Assembly (NCBI GenBank): GCA_051294905.1
Contig: CM119371.1
Coordinates: forward strand, 29,266,001 to 29,330,000
Reading direction: 5' to 3'
Length of the DNA stretch: 64,000 nucleotides
From: Botryllus schlosseri
Taxonomy: Eukaryota
In this document: positions 12,756 through 25,258 of the stretch, piece by piece
Position numbering within the stretch: position 1 is the stretch's first letter
How the letters are laid out: each line of letters opens with the position of its first letter
Notes under the pieces: model-generated
Seen by the model: the letters and a program-made list of their open reading frames with translations, nothing else
Database searches by the model: none
What the model was told of the DNA's origin: nothing
Translations under genes and position numbers: made by a program

Positions 12756-13309
12756 CTGGATCTCTGTGCCGTTTTACTGAATACGATTTGGAAGACTTCA
12801 GCTTCTTCAATGTCGAAGCGAAATTCGCTTCAGGTCCAATGGGTTCTTTGGGCTCTTTTGAACTCGACTTTTTCAACGGCGAATTCATTCGAATCTGCTC
12901 CCGGTACGAGCGGCTTGCTGAAAGTACTCCGTTTTGTGCTGGTGCTGTTGTCGCGCGATGTTGGGATGGCGTGGCTTTTGTGTGATTTTCAACTCGCAAG
13001 TCAGCTTTCTTCTGAACGGCGGGAATAGTTAATTGTGACTTTACTTGAGCTGTTGTCATGCGATGTTGAAATGAGACGGTCAACTCGGAGGTCAGCTTCC
13101 TTCTGGACGGCAGGAATGGTTGATTTTGACTTCTCTGGTGCTGTTTTCATGCGATGTTGGGATGCAGCGGCTTCCCCGTGATTTATCGCTTGGAAGTCAG
13201 CTTTCTTCTGAACGTCGGGAATGGTTGATTGTGACTTTGATACTGAATGGTACGAATAACAAAGGTTAGATTTCACAACGTCCGCTGGCACCTCATTATC
13301 TTTGTATCG
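12756..13309 (-). pseudogene. Exon with three 35-aa repeats, frameshifted
   Basis: Repeats KS.STIP.VQK.AD.....H.....SQHR..TA spaced 105 then 91 nt (14-nt deletion) split ORFs 13001-13291 and 12712-13083; CAG|gtatgg donor; acceptor uncertain. Confidence 0.6.
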
Positions 13310-13664
13310 CTAATTGTTGTCTGCAGTAATTCGGAATCTTATCAACGAAAGCAACCTATTTACCACTATTGATAAGTGCACGCCTCGTACATACATAGGG
13401 GATAAGATAACGCTGTCTGGGCGGTCTATAGCCGTCTACAGTGCCTTACACAATATACACACACGAGTCTATAGACACTCTGTCACTTGTCCCTTGACAA
13501 TTGTTTAGCACATACATTTCAGATGAAATCAGGAAAACGCATCACCCAGACAGTTCAGTTTAGCTGATGTAACGAAACAAACTTCCATAATGCACCAACC
13601 ACAATTTACAGCTATAAATGTATAAGCAGAAAGCGCCGAGGATGCGTCAATAAAGGTAACTTAC

Positions 13665-13764
13665 CATCCACGAACTGGTCCTTCTTTTTTCCTGCAATTG
13701 TGTCATCTTCGTCCTTTGTTGGTATTGAGCGACAGTGAGGGTTTTTGATTGGTCGATTCCTGTT
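13665..13764 (-). CDS. Internal exon
   Basis: aaacag acceptor, ATG|gtaagt donor; phase 2 in matches previous exon; TGIDQSKTLTVAQYQQRTKMTQLQEKRRTSSWM. Confidence 0.6.
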
Positions 13765-13829
13765 CTGTTTCAGGAATGATTGATTGATTACACGGATAAT
13801 TCACGGAACCACATCACACACGAACGTAC

Positions 13830-13996
13830 TTGGAGCCGATTGCAGCAATCACGTCCGGAGACTGTTTTGGAACGGGTCGGTTCGCCTCGACTGCACGGGG
13901 ATTCGTTTTGGGACGACCCGAAGTCTGAACTAGATCTGGACCTTTCGTGGCGCACGGTTTCAAACGGCTCGGCGTATCTTTCGGTGGTGTGTCTCC
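13830..13996 (-). CDS. Internal exon
   Basis: ttgcag acceptor, AA|gtacgt donor; GDTPPKDTPSRLKPCATKGPDLVQTSGRPKTNPRAVEANRPVPKQSPDVIAAIGS. Confidence 0.6.
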
Positions 13997-14614
13997 CTGC
14001 AATATCATAAATGTATAATTATGGATATCGCCCTCATAATTAGGCGATACATAATTTGACCATTTAATGTTATTATTATATTGGAGCATTTACTCGTTTT
14101 CAAATGAATATCATCCGAATGAAAACTGTGTCAATCCAGAAGTGGGAATTCGGCATTTACAGTATAAAGACAGATATAGGAAACTTATTTTGATTTAAAA
14201 ATTAGGCCTTCGCGTGGATATATGTTCCGCGCAAAATTATTAGTCACGTGTTCACTGAAGCCGCGTGCCACGTGATTACGCAGTTAAAACTTTAGGAGGT
14301 CCACAGTGGGTCCATGATTATATCGCCGAAGAATGGCCTATTCCATTTCAGAGAAGACATTTTACGGTCAACAGTCAAAGGTATTGCATCCTCATTGTAG
14401 GCAATCTCTACACTCTCAGCGAAAATACGGTGCGTAGGGTTGTTCATAAATAACTTTTTGCTTCCAAATTCCACCCGCTTAGTGATAAAATTGTCAGGTT
14501 GCCTAAAAAAAACGCTGCACACCAAATTTGGGTCAATTCCGACCAGTAAAGGCCGCGCAATCTTAAATTGAAATTTCGACCACTTTTGAATTTATAGTAT
14601 TTACGGTGAAAAAT

Positions 14615-14795
14615 TTCGACACTTCGATATGACCAATTATCGTGTTCCAGGCATGCCTGAAATTTTTCAATAATTAGCAATTTCATAACTCAACTCCATC
14701 ACAGCCCAGTATAAAGATGTGAACCCGTGAAAAAAGTATCACTTTTTCTTCAGGTATGCCTGGAACACGATATTTGGTCATATCGAAGTGTCGAA
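14615..14795. repeat. About 47-bp inverted repeat (foldback/MITE-like)
   Basis: ttcgacacttcgatatgaccaattatcgtgttccaggcatgcctgaa and its near-perfect reverse complement. Confidence 0.8.
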
Positions 14796-16563
14796 TCAGC
14801 AAATCTGATTACGTGAGGTAAGATAGGATAAAAATTTGATATCAATATATATGTAATTCCCGATCATATTGACCGATTCAAGCAGAAATTACAGAAATTT
14901 TTGGCGCTTCACGCGGTTAGGGAGTAGAGGTTGTGCAACATATTTTGTTGGTAACAATCGGTAAAAGCGTATACAACCCGATGGGGGGTTTGGTTTATCA
15001 CCCTATGGGAGGGCCAAGATGCTGTTTCGGTCCTGGATGTAACGATTTTGTAAAAATGGATATTTCTGGCATTCTTGCCGGTAATACTTTTCAATATTTG
15101 ATAATACACCAGTGTATTAGTGCATTGCATATGCATTCCGAATATCCATACAAATTGAACTAAACTATTTGCACTGCGCGCAATCATTTTTAACTCCCTT
15201 CAGATACGCTCCGCTCCCCTTTGCGTATTACACAACCCGATTGTTACGAAACACGACTATATCAATCCCATATGGAATTGACAACCATCAATTTGTAAGG
15301 AATTGCGTTGAGTGAGGTCTTGGATAAGACAAATTTCAACGTTGTGAGTATCAATTCTAATAAATAATGATTATATTGATGCTTTTTTGTAGTATACAAG
15401 ATTTCATGCATGTAGCTATAATAGCTATACAGTATTTCTACACCTTTTAAGCTATCCAATTTGTCCAAGCAGTCCCGTAACCGCCTATACATTTAAATGT
15501 AAAATAGGCAATCGGACTTCCGCGAACTGAATTGCACTACGCAAATTCAAGCGTGACGGATCTAAATCGAGTACAATGCGTCGTCGCTCCATTCTACTAT
15601 CTCTATAGTGGCACCATGTGTTTAGTAAGGGCATTTTATGGAATATCTCACAATTCTGTGAACTATATTTCACCAAACAATTTATTCACCAATATGTCTG
15701 TCAAGGTCTCTTATAACATGTGTTAAAATGTTGAAGTTCAGCTCTTGTGGGAAACCCAGAAAAAAAAGCTGTTAAATTTGACAAATTTCAAAAAATAAAA
15801 AAAAAATAGAAAATTCTTTATCGCCTATAAGTAACTAAAGATGAGTTTAATAATGGTTTTTCATGATTCTCAATTGATTTTTAAAATTTACATTTTACTA
15901 CAGACTGTTTTGTGGAAAATATATGGCACTAATGACATAGTCATACCGTCAGAAGTACACCGTTCAGTACTTCGATACCGAACGATTCAACAAATTCTGA
16001 ATACTGTGTTACTGGATAAAACACACGTACATAGGATCAAAATAAGTACAGTAATTCCTCAAATACAGTTCTAAGCCATACAGCATGGGCTAAAACGGTA
16101 TTTTGTGTATCATTCCATTCTGTAAGATGCACGCAATTGTACCGAAGTAAAAAGCGACTATGAACGCAGCACGGCCTTGTGTGAGTCCATTGTCAATGGT
16201 TGCTGCATGGTTCATTGCAGTTTCACCATAATTTCTCATCCTTGGCTCATGGATCGGCTTGGACCAGCCTCTCATCTATCCAGGTAACACACTATAAGCA
16301 TTGGTGTGGGTTAATTATTATAAAGCCAAAGATCCTGAGCTTCAACATTCCAACTGGAATGGCTGGATGAAGAGAATCAATGCTAATGATGCAAAATGCA
16401 CACACAGATCGAGTTCCTTCCAGTTATTGAAGGACACCCTTGACCTCAAAACTATCTTCACCGATCTTAAAGAGTGCACAGCTCCACACTGCACATAGCG
16501 CGCTGGGGTCGCTATAGTGACCATCGATCTTCCGGCTATATAAATAAAATAAAAAGCATAGAC

Positions 16564-17344
16564 CAGGCTTGTAACTAAGTCACAAGGTCCGAGTCACAAC
16601 TCAATCTCACTTTTATAATTTTGACTCGAGTCAAGTCGAGTCATTTTCAATTCACCACCGAATCAAGTCCGAGTCCAAGTAAGCTAGTAGAGGGCCGAGT
16701 CCAATTCATCATCGTATTTTGACTCGAGTCCGAGTCCAAGTCATTATGTTCACTGTTCAGTTTTCAATTCAATTCGGTTCAACACACCTTTTTCAACTCT
16801 GCTCGAGTGACATAGAATTGCTCGCATTCATAACATATACAATTAAATAGTATATTCATATTGAAATAAACCCGAATATTTTCGGATGACACTCGACAGG
16901 GGTAATCGTCATCAACTAGTAGAGAATTACCGCTGACGAGTGTCAGTCGAAAATATTCGGGTTTATTTCAACATGAACGTACTATTCAATTGTATATTGA
17001 AGTTCTGTACCTCCAAGAAGCTCTTTATTATAATGTAGTAATTTTCCTCAGTTCTGACAGTTTCTGGCCCTATTTTCAAGTATCAGGGCTGATAGAAGAA
17101 ATACCAATAATGTGGTAACCTTATCTATTCTTCTATGTTATAATGAAATGTCTGTCTTGGCCGTCCTAGTCTTGAGTCATATGACTTGGTTCGAGTCATG
17201 CACAATGACTCCAGTACAAGTCGAGTCAATACTAAAATTGACTCGAGTCGAGTTATTTTACGCATTTGAAAAAATGACTCGAGTCAAGTCGAGTCACCAA
17301 ATCGTGACTCGAGTCGAGTCATAACTCGAGTCATTACAACTCTG
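16564..17344. mobile_element. gactcgagtc-family MITE nested in the Academ-like element
   Basis: Ends caggcttgtaa / ttacaactctg; subterminal gagtc repeats; related ends near 2270 and 30003; TSD only partial. Confidence 0.6.
16929..16962 (+). ncRNA. Minimal type I hammerhead ribozyme motif in an inverted Penelope-like terminal repeat
   Basis: accg CTGACGA G tgtcagt C GAA AATATT C gggt: catalytic core, 1-bp stem II, palindromic stem III; inverted copy at 16870-16903. Confidence 0.55.
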
Positions 17345-19934
17345 AAGCAGACCAATTTACCAGTCATTCCAAGGTTGGGTGGTTTTCACCTATATTGAAA
17401 TCTTATCTTGGATCAATTGGTAACAACATGGAAGATTCTGGGCTACTAGACGTGATCCAGTTGATATATGCCGGAAGCACAACAGCCAGCCACATCATGG
17501 ATGGAGGATGTTCTGACAAGACAATCCGCGCTCACCTCCTCATCGATGCAGCTATCTATCAACATACCATGAAAATTGCCTCAACTGAGGATGAGCGAGG
17601 TGACATGAAGTCCTTTATGGAAAAGGTGGCTGATGAGGAAATGGGAGCCAGACCAGGAGTGCGAGCGAAGGTTTGAAGAAACGTTCAATCGATTCGCAAA
17701 AAGAGGGCGAACACCAGCACTTTGGGTGGAGTACCACAACATGGTAGACATGCCCAAGGTATTTATCGGAACCGGGTGACTCGTAGACGACAATGGGAAT
17801 CTGTCCTGCATTGTTATCAAGATGCTTCACACATGCAGGCCATCATCATTCACCAGTTTGTTTGTTTGTTTTATTACATCATTGGCGCTTATCGCACATA
17901 TGGTTATTTGCGCCCAGCACATGAATTGCATTAACACAATGTCTTTTGCGGTCTTGCTTCGTCTTTCCGGTCATTAGCTGCCATCTTTCCAGAGTTCGGC
18001 TCTCTCTTCTTCTGGGCTTTTCAAGGCGCTGTATATACAGCGAGATCGGCGATCGGCGATCGGCGACAGCAGTGTTTAACCAACTGCGCCACTCGCTCCC
18101 CCGTATCATTCACCAGTGGTTCTCAAACTTGTTTCGACACACCCCTTGATGACAGTGAAATATTTCGCTCCCCCCTTATCGTTATATCGAAAAATATTAA
18201 AAAGAGCAAGCAGATTGTTTGCAATCCCGAATACATTGTTTGGTGGCGGGAGGTATTATGGCTATTGAGACACTTCTCAAATATGGAATTCCAGTTGAAT
18301 ACTTTATTAAACATAACCTTGTGCAATGATAGCATGTAGCACATATACATTTTAGCGATTTTGGTGCCTAACCTCTTCTATTACCACATTTCAGCTTAGC
18401 ACAAACAGACCTGACCATAACTTAAATCAAAAACCAATGACAGCTACACGCATTTACCAGCTACACTTCATTAAAGGATGTCTTCTTATTAGTGCAAAGT
18501 TCGGTATCACTCAAAATCTAGCATATCAGTGTGCGAATGGTATGACGTAATTTCAAATCGAAATATAGGCCTAATTAGGATTATTGCTATTGTTGAAACT
18601 TGGAAGTTTCAGCAAAAATTAAACTCATTACGAGTTCAAGAAAAATCATTTCTCTCAGGTGGCTTCGTGCCTCCCTTCAGAAAAAAAACATAAGATGAAC
18701 AAGGCTAACATTGGAGAATTTTCAATTGCAACCCACTACTGGACTTGACTAACCAACAATGCTGTACCCTCGTAATTGATGGTGGATGACTTCTGTACAT
18801 GGAAACGTGGGAACAGCGTCTATCATGACAGGGAATTGCCGACAATTTCCTGAACTACAAGCAGTATCTGAGCCGTTGCTTTCAGAATATCATTGTGTTC
18901 CTTGATGGTTGCAGCAGTTCACCAAAAGATACAGCATGTTCTCAAGGAAGACAGCGGCAGGAGTGATGGAACCAGAGACACTACCTCTAACAGATGGTTC
19001 AGCTGTACAGTGTACAACCCACACTCCGCGCGTACCTGCAGACCCGGGATTGGATTCTTTTACAGAACATGTCTCCGAACCCCAGCGATTACGGATGAAC
19101 AATAGGCGTGCATGGATATGGACCAGTTCGAACACGGGAACCCATGGCTCCTGATGAGCTATTGCAGTTCACAAGCTGTAGCCTAATTGTCATAAAGATT
19201 GCGACAACCGGATATGCAGCTGCAAGAAGAATGAGGTCACATGCATTTCGGCCTGTGGAGTATGTAAAGGCCTTACATGCAAAAATTGCAGTCACGATGA
19301 TGTTGAGTCTGATATTGTGCATGAGAAATAACTCTTCAGTAAACATAGCTTCGTGAAATGAAGGCTATTTCGCGAACAAATATAAAAGTGGGTGTGGTGT
19401 TTTTACAAAGCAGAGAGTGTAGTGAAATATAAACGTTAACAATTAAGCGAGAACCATGAAAAACCATTATTAAACCCGTCCTAAGTTACTTATTGACGAT
19501 AGAAAATATATTTTTAATTTTTATTTTATTTTTTAAATCGTCAAATTTTACAGATTTTTTGGGGGTTTCCCACAAGAGTTGAACTTCAACATTTTAACAC
19601 ATGTTACTACACACCTTAACAAACATATTGATGAAGAAATTTATTGGGAACAATATAGTTCACAGATTTTCATAAGTTTCCCTTACTAGTTATATCTTCC
19701 GCCAGCTACGCCAAGAGATGCGTTGTAAGAATTTGAGTGCGAATGCAATATGCTGGATTTGGATTAGGTCCGCCCAAAGAAAACGGAGACTTCTACACAT
19801 ATTATTTAAAAAATGCAAAATTGCTTCACCCTTCGGCATGGAATTGTTGAACGGTCGCTACTTCTGACTGCAATTCCGTGGTGCGATAACGGACAAAATG
19901 CACTCCGATGCATGTTAATATTAGGAAGACTTAC

Positions 19935-20086
19935 AAATTAAGCTGCTTCGCGACGTCTCTGATCAGATACGCAGCTTGTCGCCTGTAATCAGACTTAGTC
20001 ACTGCCCTGATTTTCTTCCGAATGGGTGAATTTCGAAGCTGATCTTCCGTAAAAAAACATCTATGCGCTGTCCTTGAATTCTCCAT
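19935..20086 (-). CDS. Cyclin T-like first coding exon (divergent)
   Basis: MENSRTAHRCFFTEDQLRNSPIRKKIRAVTKSDYRRQAAYLIRDVAKQLN(L) matches the recalled cyclin T N-terminus (RWYFTREQLENSPSR...YRQQAANLLQDMGQRLNV); phase-2 gtaagt donor at the equivalent position. Confidence 0.7.
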
Positions 20087-20926
20087 ACTTACAGCAGTGG
20101 CGTCCGCTAATTACTCACGTAAAATGCGTTGCGTTGTCATAGACGGCGCGTATCTCTAACCTCATGGACAACAGGGGCTAAAGAAAAATGTGTAAGAGCT
20201 GATGAGGAAGATGTTATTCGTAAGTCCCTTTGTCTTAATCCGGGCGTCGCACTCCTATTGTTTAGGATCGAAAGCGCATATAATCGCAAGGTTAGGTGAC
20301 CTTGTGTATTGGTTATAACAATTAGCAGTATGCAATTAGGAGAGAAACATACAGATAAGAGTAGAGACTACGGTTTTCAATGTTTATTCAACGCGTCGCG
20401 ATTGTCAAGTGTCTTTTCATGCAAAACATATCCTGCATCGTTAATTAAACAAGCCATTCGATACTAGGGAAGCTATATTATCACCATGAATTGTTTGATA
20501 AGCAGTGTGATAAAGTATTGGTATTATAATTTTTTCTTTCGACTGGTAAATAAACTACAGTCGACTCTTTGGATTCGATCAATTTTGTCTGAATTAAGCG
20601 GAAACCAATACCATCGCGACCATCATGTCTATAGATCAATCTCAACAAACACAAGTTTATCTCACCACATTTGATACATGTTTGGATCGCGAAGGGTACA
20701 AATTTGAGTCGCCAGCGTACCAGAGAGGTATTTCAATATCCTTGTGATATTTGCTGAATTTCATGCCATAAAAAGTTAACCTATCGACAGATCGGTTCCC
20801 TTACTATTTTTGTTAACAATTTATCAATACTAGATGCGCTCTGAGGAATTAACAATTTCTGGGCAGGCTCGCTATTTAAAGATGATTAGTTGTGACTCGC
20901 ATGGTTTTTAGTTGAAATAGGAAATT

Positions 20927-21008
20927 TGACCCCGCAGGGACTGGAACCCTTAATCCTCTAATTTGAAGTCAAACGCCTTAAAAGAAATCCATCAGGCCAC
21001 ATGAGGCC
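20927..21008 (-). pseudogene. Degenerate tRNA-Arg-derived pseudogene
   Basis: Recognisable tgaccccg..gggact.gaaccct...cgcctta...aggccac..gaggcc with insertions. Confidence 0.7.
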
Positions 21009-21828
21009 GCGCGACCGATCGCGGAGCAGATCGAACAAACTACAGACAGACATTTTATCACCAATCTATCAATCTATAGCTAGTAGACGGTCGATTAACT
21101 TCTGATTTTTAGGTCGTTTTAGTTGCGGGATTTGAAAAGTGGCCATTTGCAGCTCAAATTCTAGTGTCGCATAACAAAAGTGGCCGAACAACTGGAAGAT
21201 ACGTGTCGTCGTTTGGCGTGAATAGTGATAGCGGTGTTCTGTTATATGATTTGAATCCACTTATACATGCACTTAGTAGCGCAGTTTCTTCAAATCACGG
21301 CCTGAAGTACACGTCTTTATTATAGTTCGAATCAAACATAATATTAACTAGGCCAACGGTCACACCCAAGCAGTGACGACCAAGCATCGGGACAAATCAA
21401 ATCGATGAAGAATAAACGAAGTAGCCTTTACCTAGGTATTATTGGATATACCCGGTGGCATTTCATCATTTTAGCCTTTCTTGGATCCAGCAATTTCCAG
21501 ACTATTTAAGTTGAAAGCTACTCAAGACTCCTAATATCTGATGAATATCAAACTCCGCAAAATTCAATTGAACAGAAATTACACATTCTGGTTTGCTCAA
21601 AATCCACAATACTGAAATCATTTACTGCGAAAAATGTTCTCAAACGGGTGCACGATATTTGATATTGCAATACAGGTATCACGATGCCAATTCATTTTTA
21701 TCACTTCTATACTACAAGAAAACCGACTACGCGCATGGAGGATGTTAAAAGGGCCCTCTCTTCGCCCTGATGGTTCGAAATTCGATGCCTGTGACGTCAA
21801 ACTTTGTGGTACGATCGTTGATATACAA

Positions 21829-22832
21829 CAGACCTGGGCAAAGTGCGGCCCGCGGGGCTATTCTGAGTGGCCCGCGAATAGTTTCTTGGAATTCAAAACT
21901 TAAAACCTACTTTTTCGTGTTGCTGCGAGGACTAAAACCATATAGCTGTGGAAACTAAACCAAACCATTTACTTTCATGTCTGTTCAATAATATGTCAGG
22001 ATTACGCCTCCTACGTACCTCGAATGCATAATTCAGATTAAAAATTAAGTCAATGTATCAAGTTATGCAGCAGCAATAAAAGTCTCAAGAATTCAAAAGA
22101 CCTTCCCTGTTGTCATTATCACATTACGCATTACACAGTCTGTGCTTGAAATTGTTACGAGGTTTCCAAATCCCTAATTCGTAAAACAAGTCAATCAGTG
22201 CCCGTGATTACTGTGTGTCATGATCATGATCACCCATAAAGGATGAATGAGTCAAAATTCAAAGTCGGTTTGGAGCACTAAATATTTGTTTACTGACGTC
22301 TAGGGCAGACCCGTCTTTTTAGTAGTTAGTGACGAGCAGGTCGCCGTCTTTAAGGAGTATAATTTACGTCGGTCTTGTCACAAAATCAAGAATACATGCA
22401 CTCGATCAATGGAGGACTAATCTCAGAATAACCGCAAGGTTCGCTCAACAACATGGCTATTTCGCCAAATTGCACACTGCTCGGAAGTCAGCGAGTCCAG
22501 CAACCAAAATAATAAGCTTTGATGTATCCAAGACACATTTTAATGGCTTGATAGAAAACGCGAATATGGGTTTAAAAAGAGTTCACTATATATCATGTGT
22601 AACAATGTTCGGAAATATGACGGTCTTGACGGCAACTAAATATTATTTTTTGGTAATCAACCGCCAATTTCTCATTCCCTAATGTCAACACATCCACAGC
22701 GTAGTTCCCTGCATTCAATTTGAAAATAAAATTATATACGCTTGAGAGTACAGCTAATTTTTTTGACTCGGCCCGCCAACGTATTTTCTGCTTCTCATTT
22801 GGCCGGCGGAGAAAAATAATTGCCCACTCCTG
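21829..22832. mobile_element. Charlie-like non-autonomous hAT element
   Basis: Ends cagacctgggcaaagtgcggcccgc / ttgcccactcctg; TSD poor. Confidence 0.55.
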
Positions 22833-22875
22833 AAATAAAATGTTCTTTCCAAATCTCTACTAGTGGCTGACGATT

Positions 22876-22909
22876 ACCCCTGACGAGTTTCAGCTGGAAA
22901 TATCCGGGT
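22876..22909 (+). ncRNA. Degenerate copy of the Penelope-like hammerhead motif
   Basis: accc CTGACGA gtttcagctg GAA atatc c gggt, followed by the same gaagttctgtacctccaagaag tail as 16999-17020. Confidence 0.4.
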
Positions 22910-23793
22910 TCATATCCGTATGAACGTGCTATTTAATTGTATATCGAAGTTCTGTACCTCCAAGAAGATCTTCAACTACTTTTGATATGTATTGAAAATT
23001 GCCAATCCTACTTGTAATAGGGTTAAAACTTATGGCACTATACCTCTACTTCTACTTTGAGCAGGACCGTTGACTGCATTGACTCCTGCATCTACCGCGT
23101 ATACTTTCCACCTCTTCAAAAATATATATCACATTTGAATATAGCTACCGATCCGCAAATACTCACAAACGCGGTGTTTTCATATTTATTTATATCAGAA
23201 GTTACATCTTCAAGATATCCGCTTCGTGGAAGGCCGTCAATACTTTGATGTGGCCCGCGGTCAAAACGAGTTATACGCCACTGATCAAAGTTGCGCAACC
23301 ATTGCGACATTTCGAGGTTCTATTACTCAATAAAAGAAAACCCAACATGAGGGACTTGCATGTATCAACTCTCGTGTGATACAATTGAACCGACATAGCA
23401 TTGTTTTAAACTGCAACTTACCCCATTGTAGGGTATTGATGAGTAGCAGTGCTATTGGCAGAGACAAGTTGATAAGTCATTATTATTATTATTATCTCTC
23501 TCTGTGTGGCTAACGACATTGTTATCAGCGTCGAAAGCCTGCTCCCACCAGACGATATCCGCTTCTCAGTTATCGCGCTTCCTCCTTATCACCAAGTCTG
23601 AAGTCTTTGTATTCGTTCGATGATCTATTGTGATAAAGCTGATGTTGTGGAAAGCTGCAGACAAGGTATATAAAGACTTCGATCTGATCACAAGAATCAT
23701 GTCGACATTGACCGTCACAGCAATTGTCTAGGGGCAATTTTATTGCATTGTTGTGAATCTATTTGCGAAGCAGCAATACACTTCCTTTGAAAT

Positions 23794-24066
23794 ATGAGTA
23801 GTCGAAGTCGCCGTACGATGTCAGTATACGGATCCTGGATCGTCAACACGTACCTCGCTGATCGCGCTAGAATGAAAAGACCGTACTATTGTGCGCCTTG
23901 CGGACGGAGATTTGCGGTGTACCTGAACAGTCATCGCTACTATTCACACTCGAGGGCTTTACACTGCCCATCTTGTCATAAGAATTTCCTGACTAGGGGA
24001 AGGTACAGAACGCATATGTTCCTGTCGACGTCGTGCGCATCGAAAATTGTACGCAAAGGAATTTAA
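23794..24066 (+). CDS. Small ORF with two C2H2/C2HC-like zinc fingers, probably mobile-element derived
   Basis: YYCAPCGRRF..LNSH...SH and LHCPSCHKNFLTRGRYRTHM..STSC. Confidence 0.35.
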   Translation: MSSRSRRTMSVYGSWIVNTYLADRARMKRPYYCAPCGRRFAVYLNSHRYYSHSRALHCPSCHKNFLTRGRYRTHMFLSTSCASKIVRKGI

Positions 24067-24957
24067 CAGATCTTCCTTCGTCGTAAATAGCGTAACAGGC
24101 GACGAGGGAGCCGATGAAGATGATATGCCTTAAAGATCAATAGATTGCAGTCCTGTCATATGAAGAAATCCCTGTTGAGATAGTGTGGAAATTATAATGG
24201 CGGTTCGGACAAGTTAAGCTGTCAGCTGCTTCGCATCTCCAACGTGCAAACGCTGCGGTGGTAAATACGAAGATAAACTCTCTCACTCTCCTGTTTGTCC
24301 TACGCATTCTATTCTGATTCTGATCACCTGTTTTATTAGCAATGTATTATTCCATTCGTTTACCCGTTCTTGCATGAGAATTTTTTTGAATAGCTAATCC
24401 TTACAATCTACTTTTGTAAACGGAGTCGTTTTCAGTGTTTTATTGAAAAGTTATGTTCAGAGTTATGATGGAAAGCATTTCGGCATAGTTGAGTTACCAT
24501 GAGTAGTCCGCGATGATAACAAATTTATATGGTCGTTAGACAGTGAGGAGGATGAGGTTTTTAGAGAGACCTCCTTCTGGTCTCACTCGCGAACCCCTGG
24601 GGATCCCTTTACCAACTAGAATTCTAGAATATGCTTTCATGGATGATTACATGTTTATACGGTCATTTGAGTTAGAATTCAATTCCGAAATGTACAATTA
24701 ATTACTTTATGCTTTTTCAATCCAGTTACTTCTGTAGTACTGCTTATCTATAAGAGATAAAATTCACCATTAGTTGTTATAGCTATGCTAGCCGTATGTC
24801 CGGCACGCTCGTATACAAAGCATTGTAACTCAGATCAAACGCGATTGAATGATACGAAAACACACCCAATTCATGAAGTGAAGTGTCGCGGCATCGTACC
24901 ATACCTGATGATCATTTTAATACATCGAAATCCGCTTTACACAAGAGTTTTATACCA

Positions 24958-25258
24958 TTAGAAAATCTTTAAAAGTATCAAAGCAGTGAAGCTTATCTGA
25001 AGCGCTAGAAATATCCACAACAAAAGTCGGTCGACAACTTTAGCAACGCTTCTCCAATCTTCCGAGATAGCCGCGACTGCTGTGTTCCGCCTGAATTGGT
25101 CTGCGATCGTGTCGACATTCCACGCAATGTTGATCGCATAGGCATTTGCAATTTCGGGCCAATTGCTGATGGGGGATGTCTGCGTGGAATTGTCCTTTGG
25201 AGGTACGTGAGGCGACTGCGCAAACTGCTGACCTTCGGGTGACGAAATGATTTGCGAT
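24958..25258 (-). CDS. nAChR-like subunit, last exon (MA helix, M4, stop)
   Basis: ttcgcag acceptor, phase 2; ...NVDTIADQFRRNTAVAAISEDWRSVAKVVDRLLLWIFLALQISFTALILLKIF*. Confidence 0.9.

Larger units (their letters stand above)
15606..19708 (+). mobile_element. Degraded Academ-like DNA transposon
   Basis: Imperfect TIRs of about 150 bp starting TAG (acatgtgttaaaatgttgaagttca.ctcttgtgggaaaccc and its inverse); transposase fragment RLGGFHLLKSYLGSIGNNMEDSGL...IRAHLL at ~17370-17600; Cys-rich C-terminus PMAPDELLQFTSC...CISACGVCKGLTCKNC at ~19100-19290; many stops; family assigned from recalled motifs. Confidence 0.65.

Noticed and set aside
15262..15492. YSYMHEILY as cyclin T exon 2 (AIVYMHRFY)
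   Set aside because: Only a 3-4 residue match in AT-rich sequence, wrong spacing from the acceptor and no suitable donor.
20195..20230. CTGATGA as another hammerhead core (also near 24905 and 28513)
   Set aside because: No correctly placed GAAA, stem III and stem I pairing.
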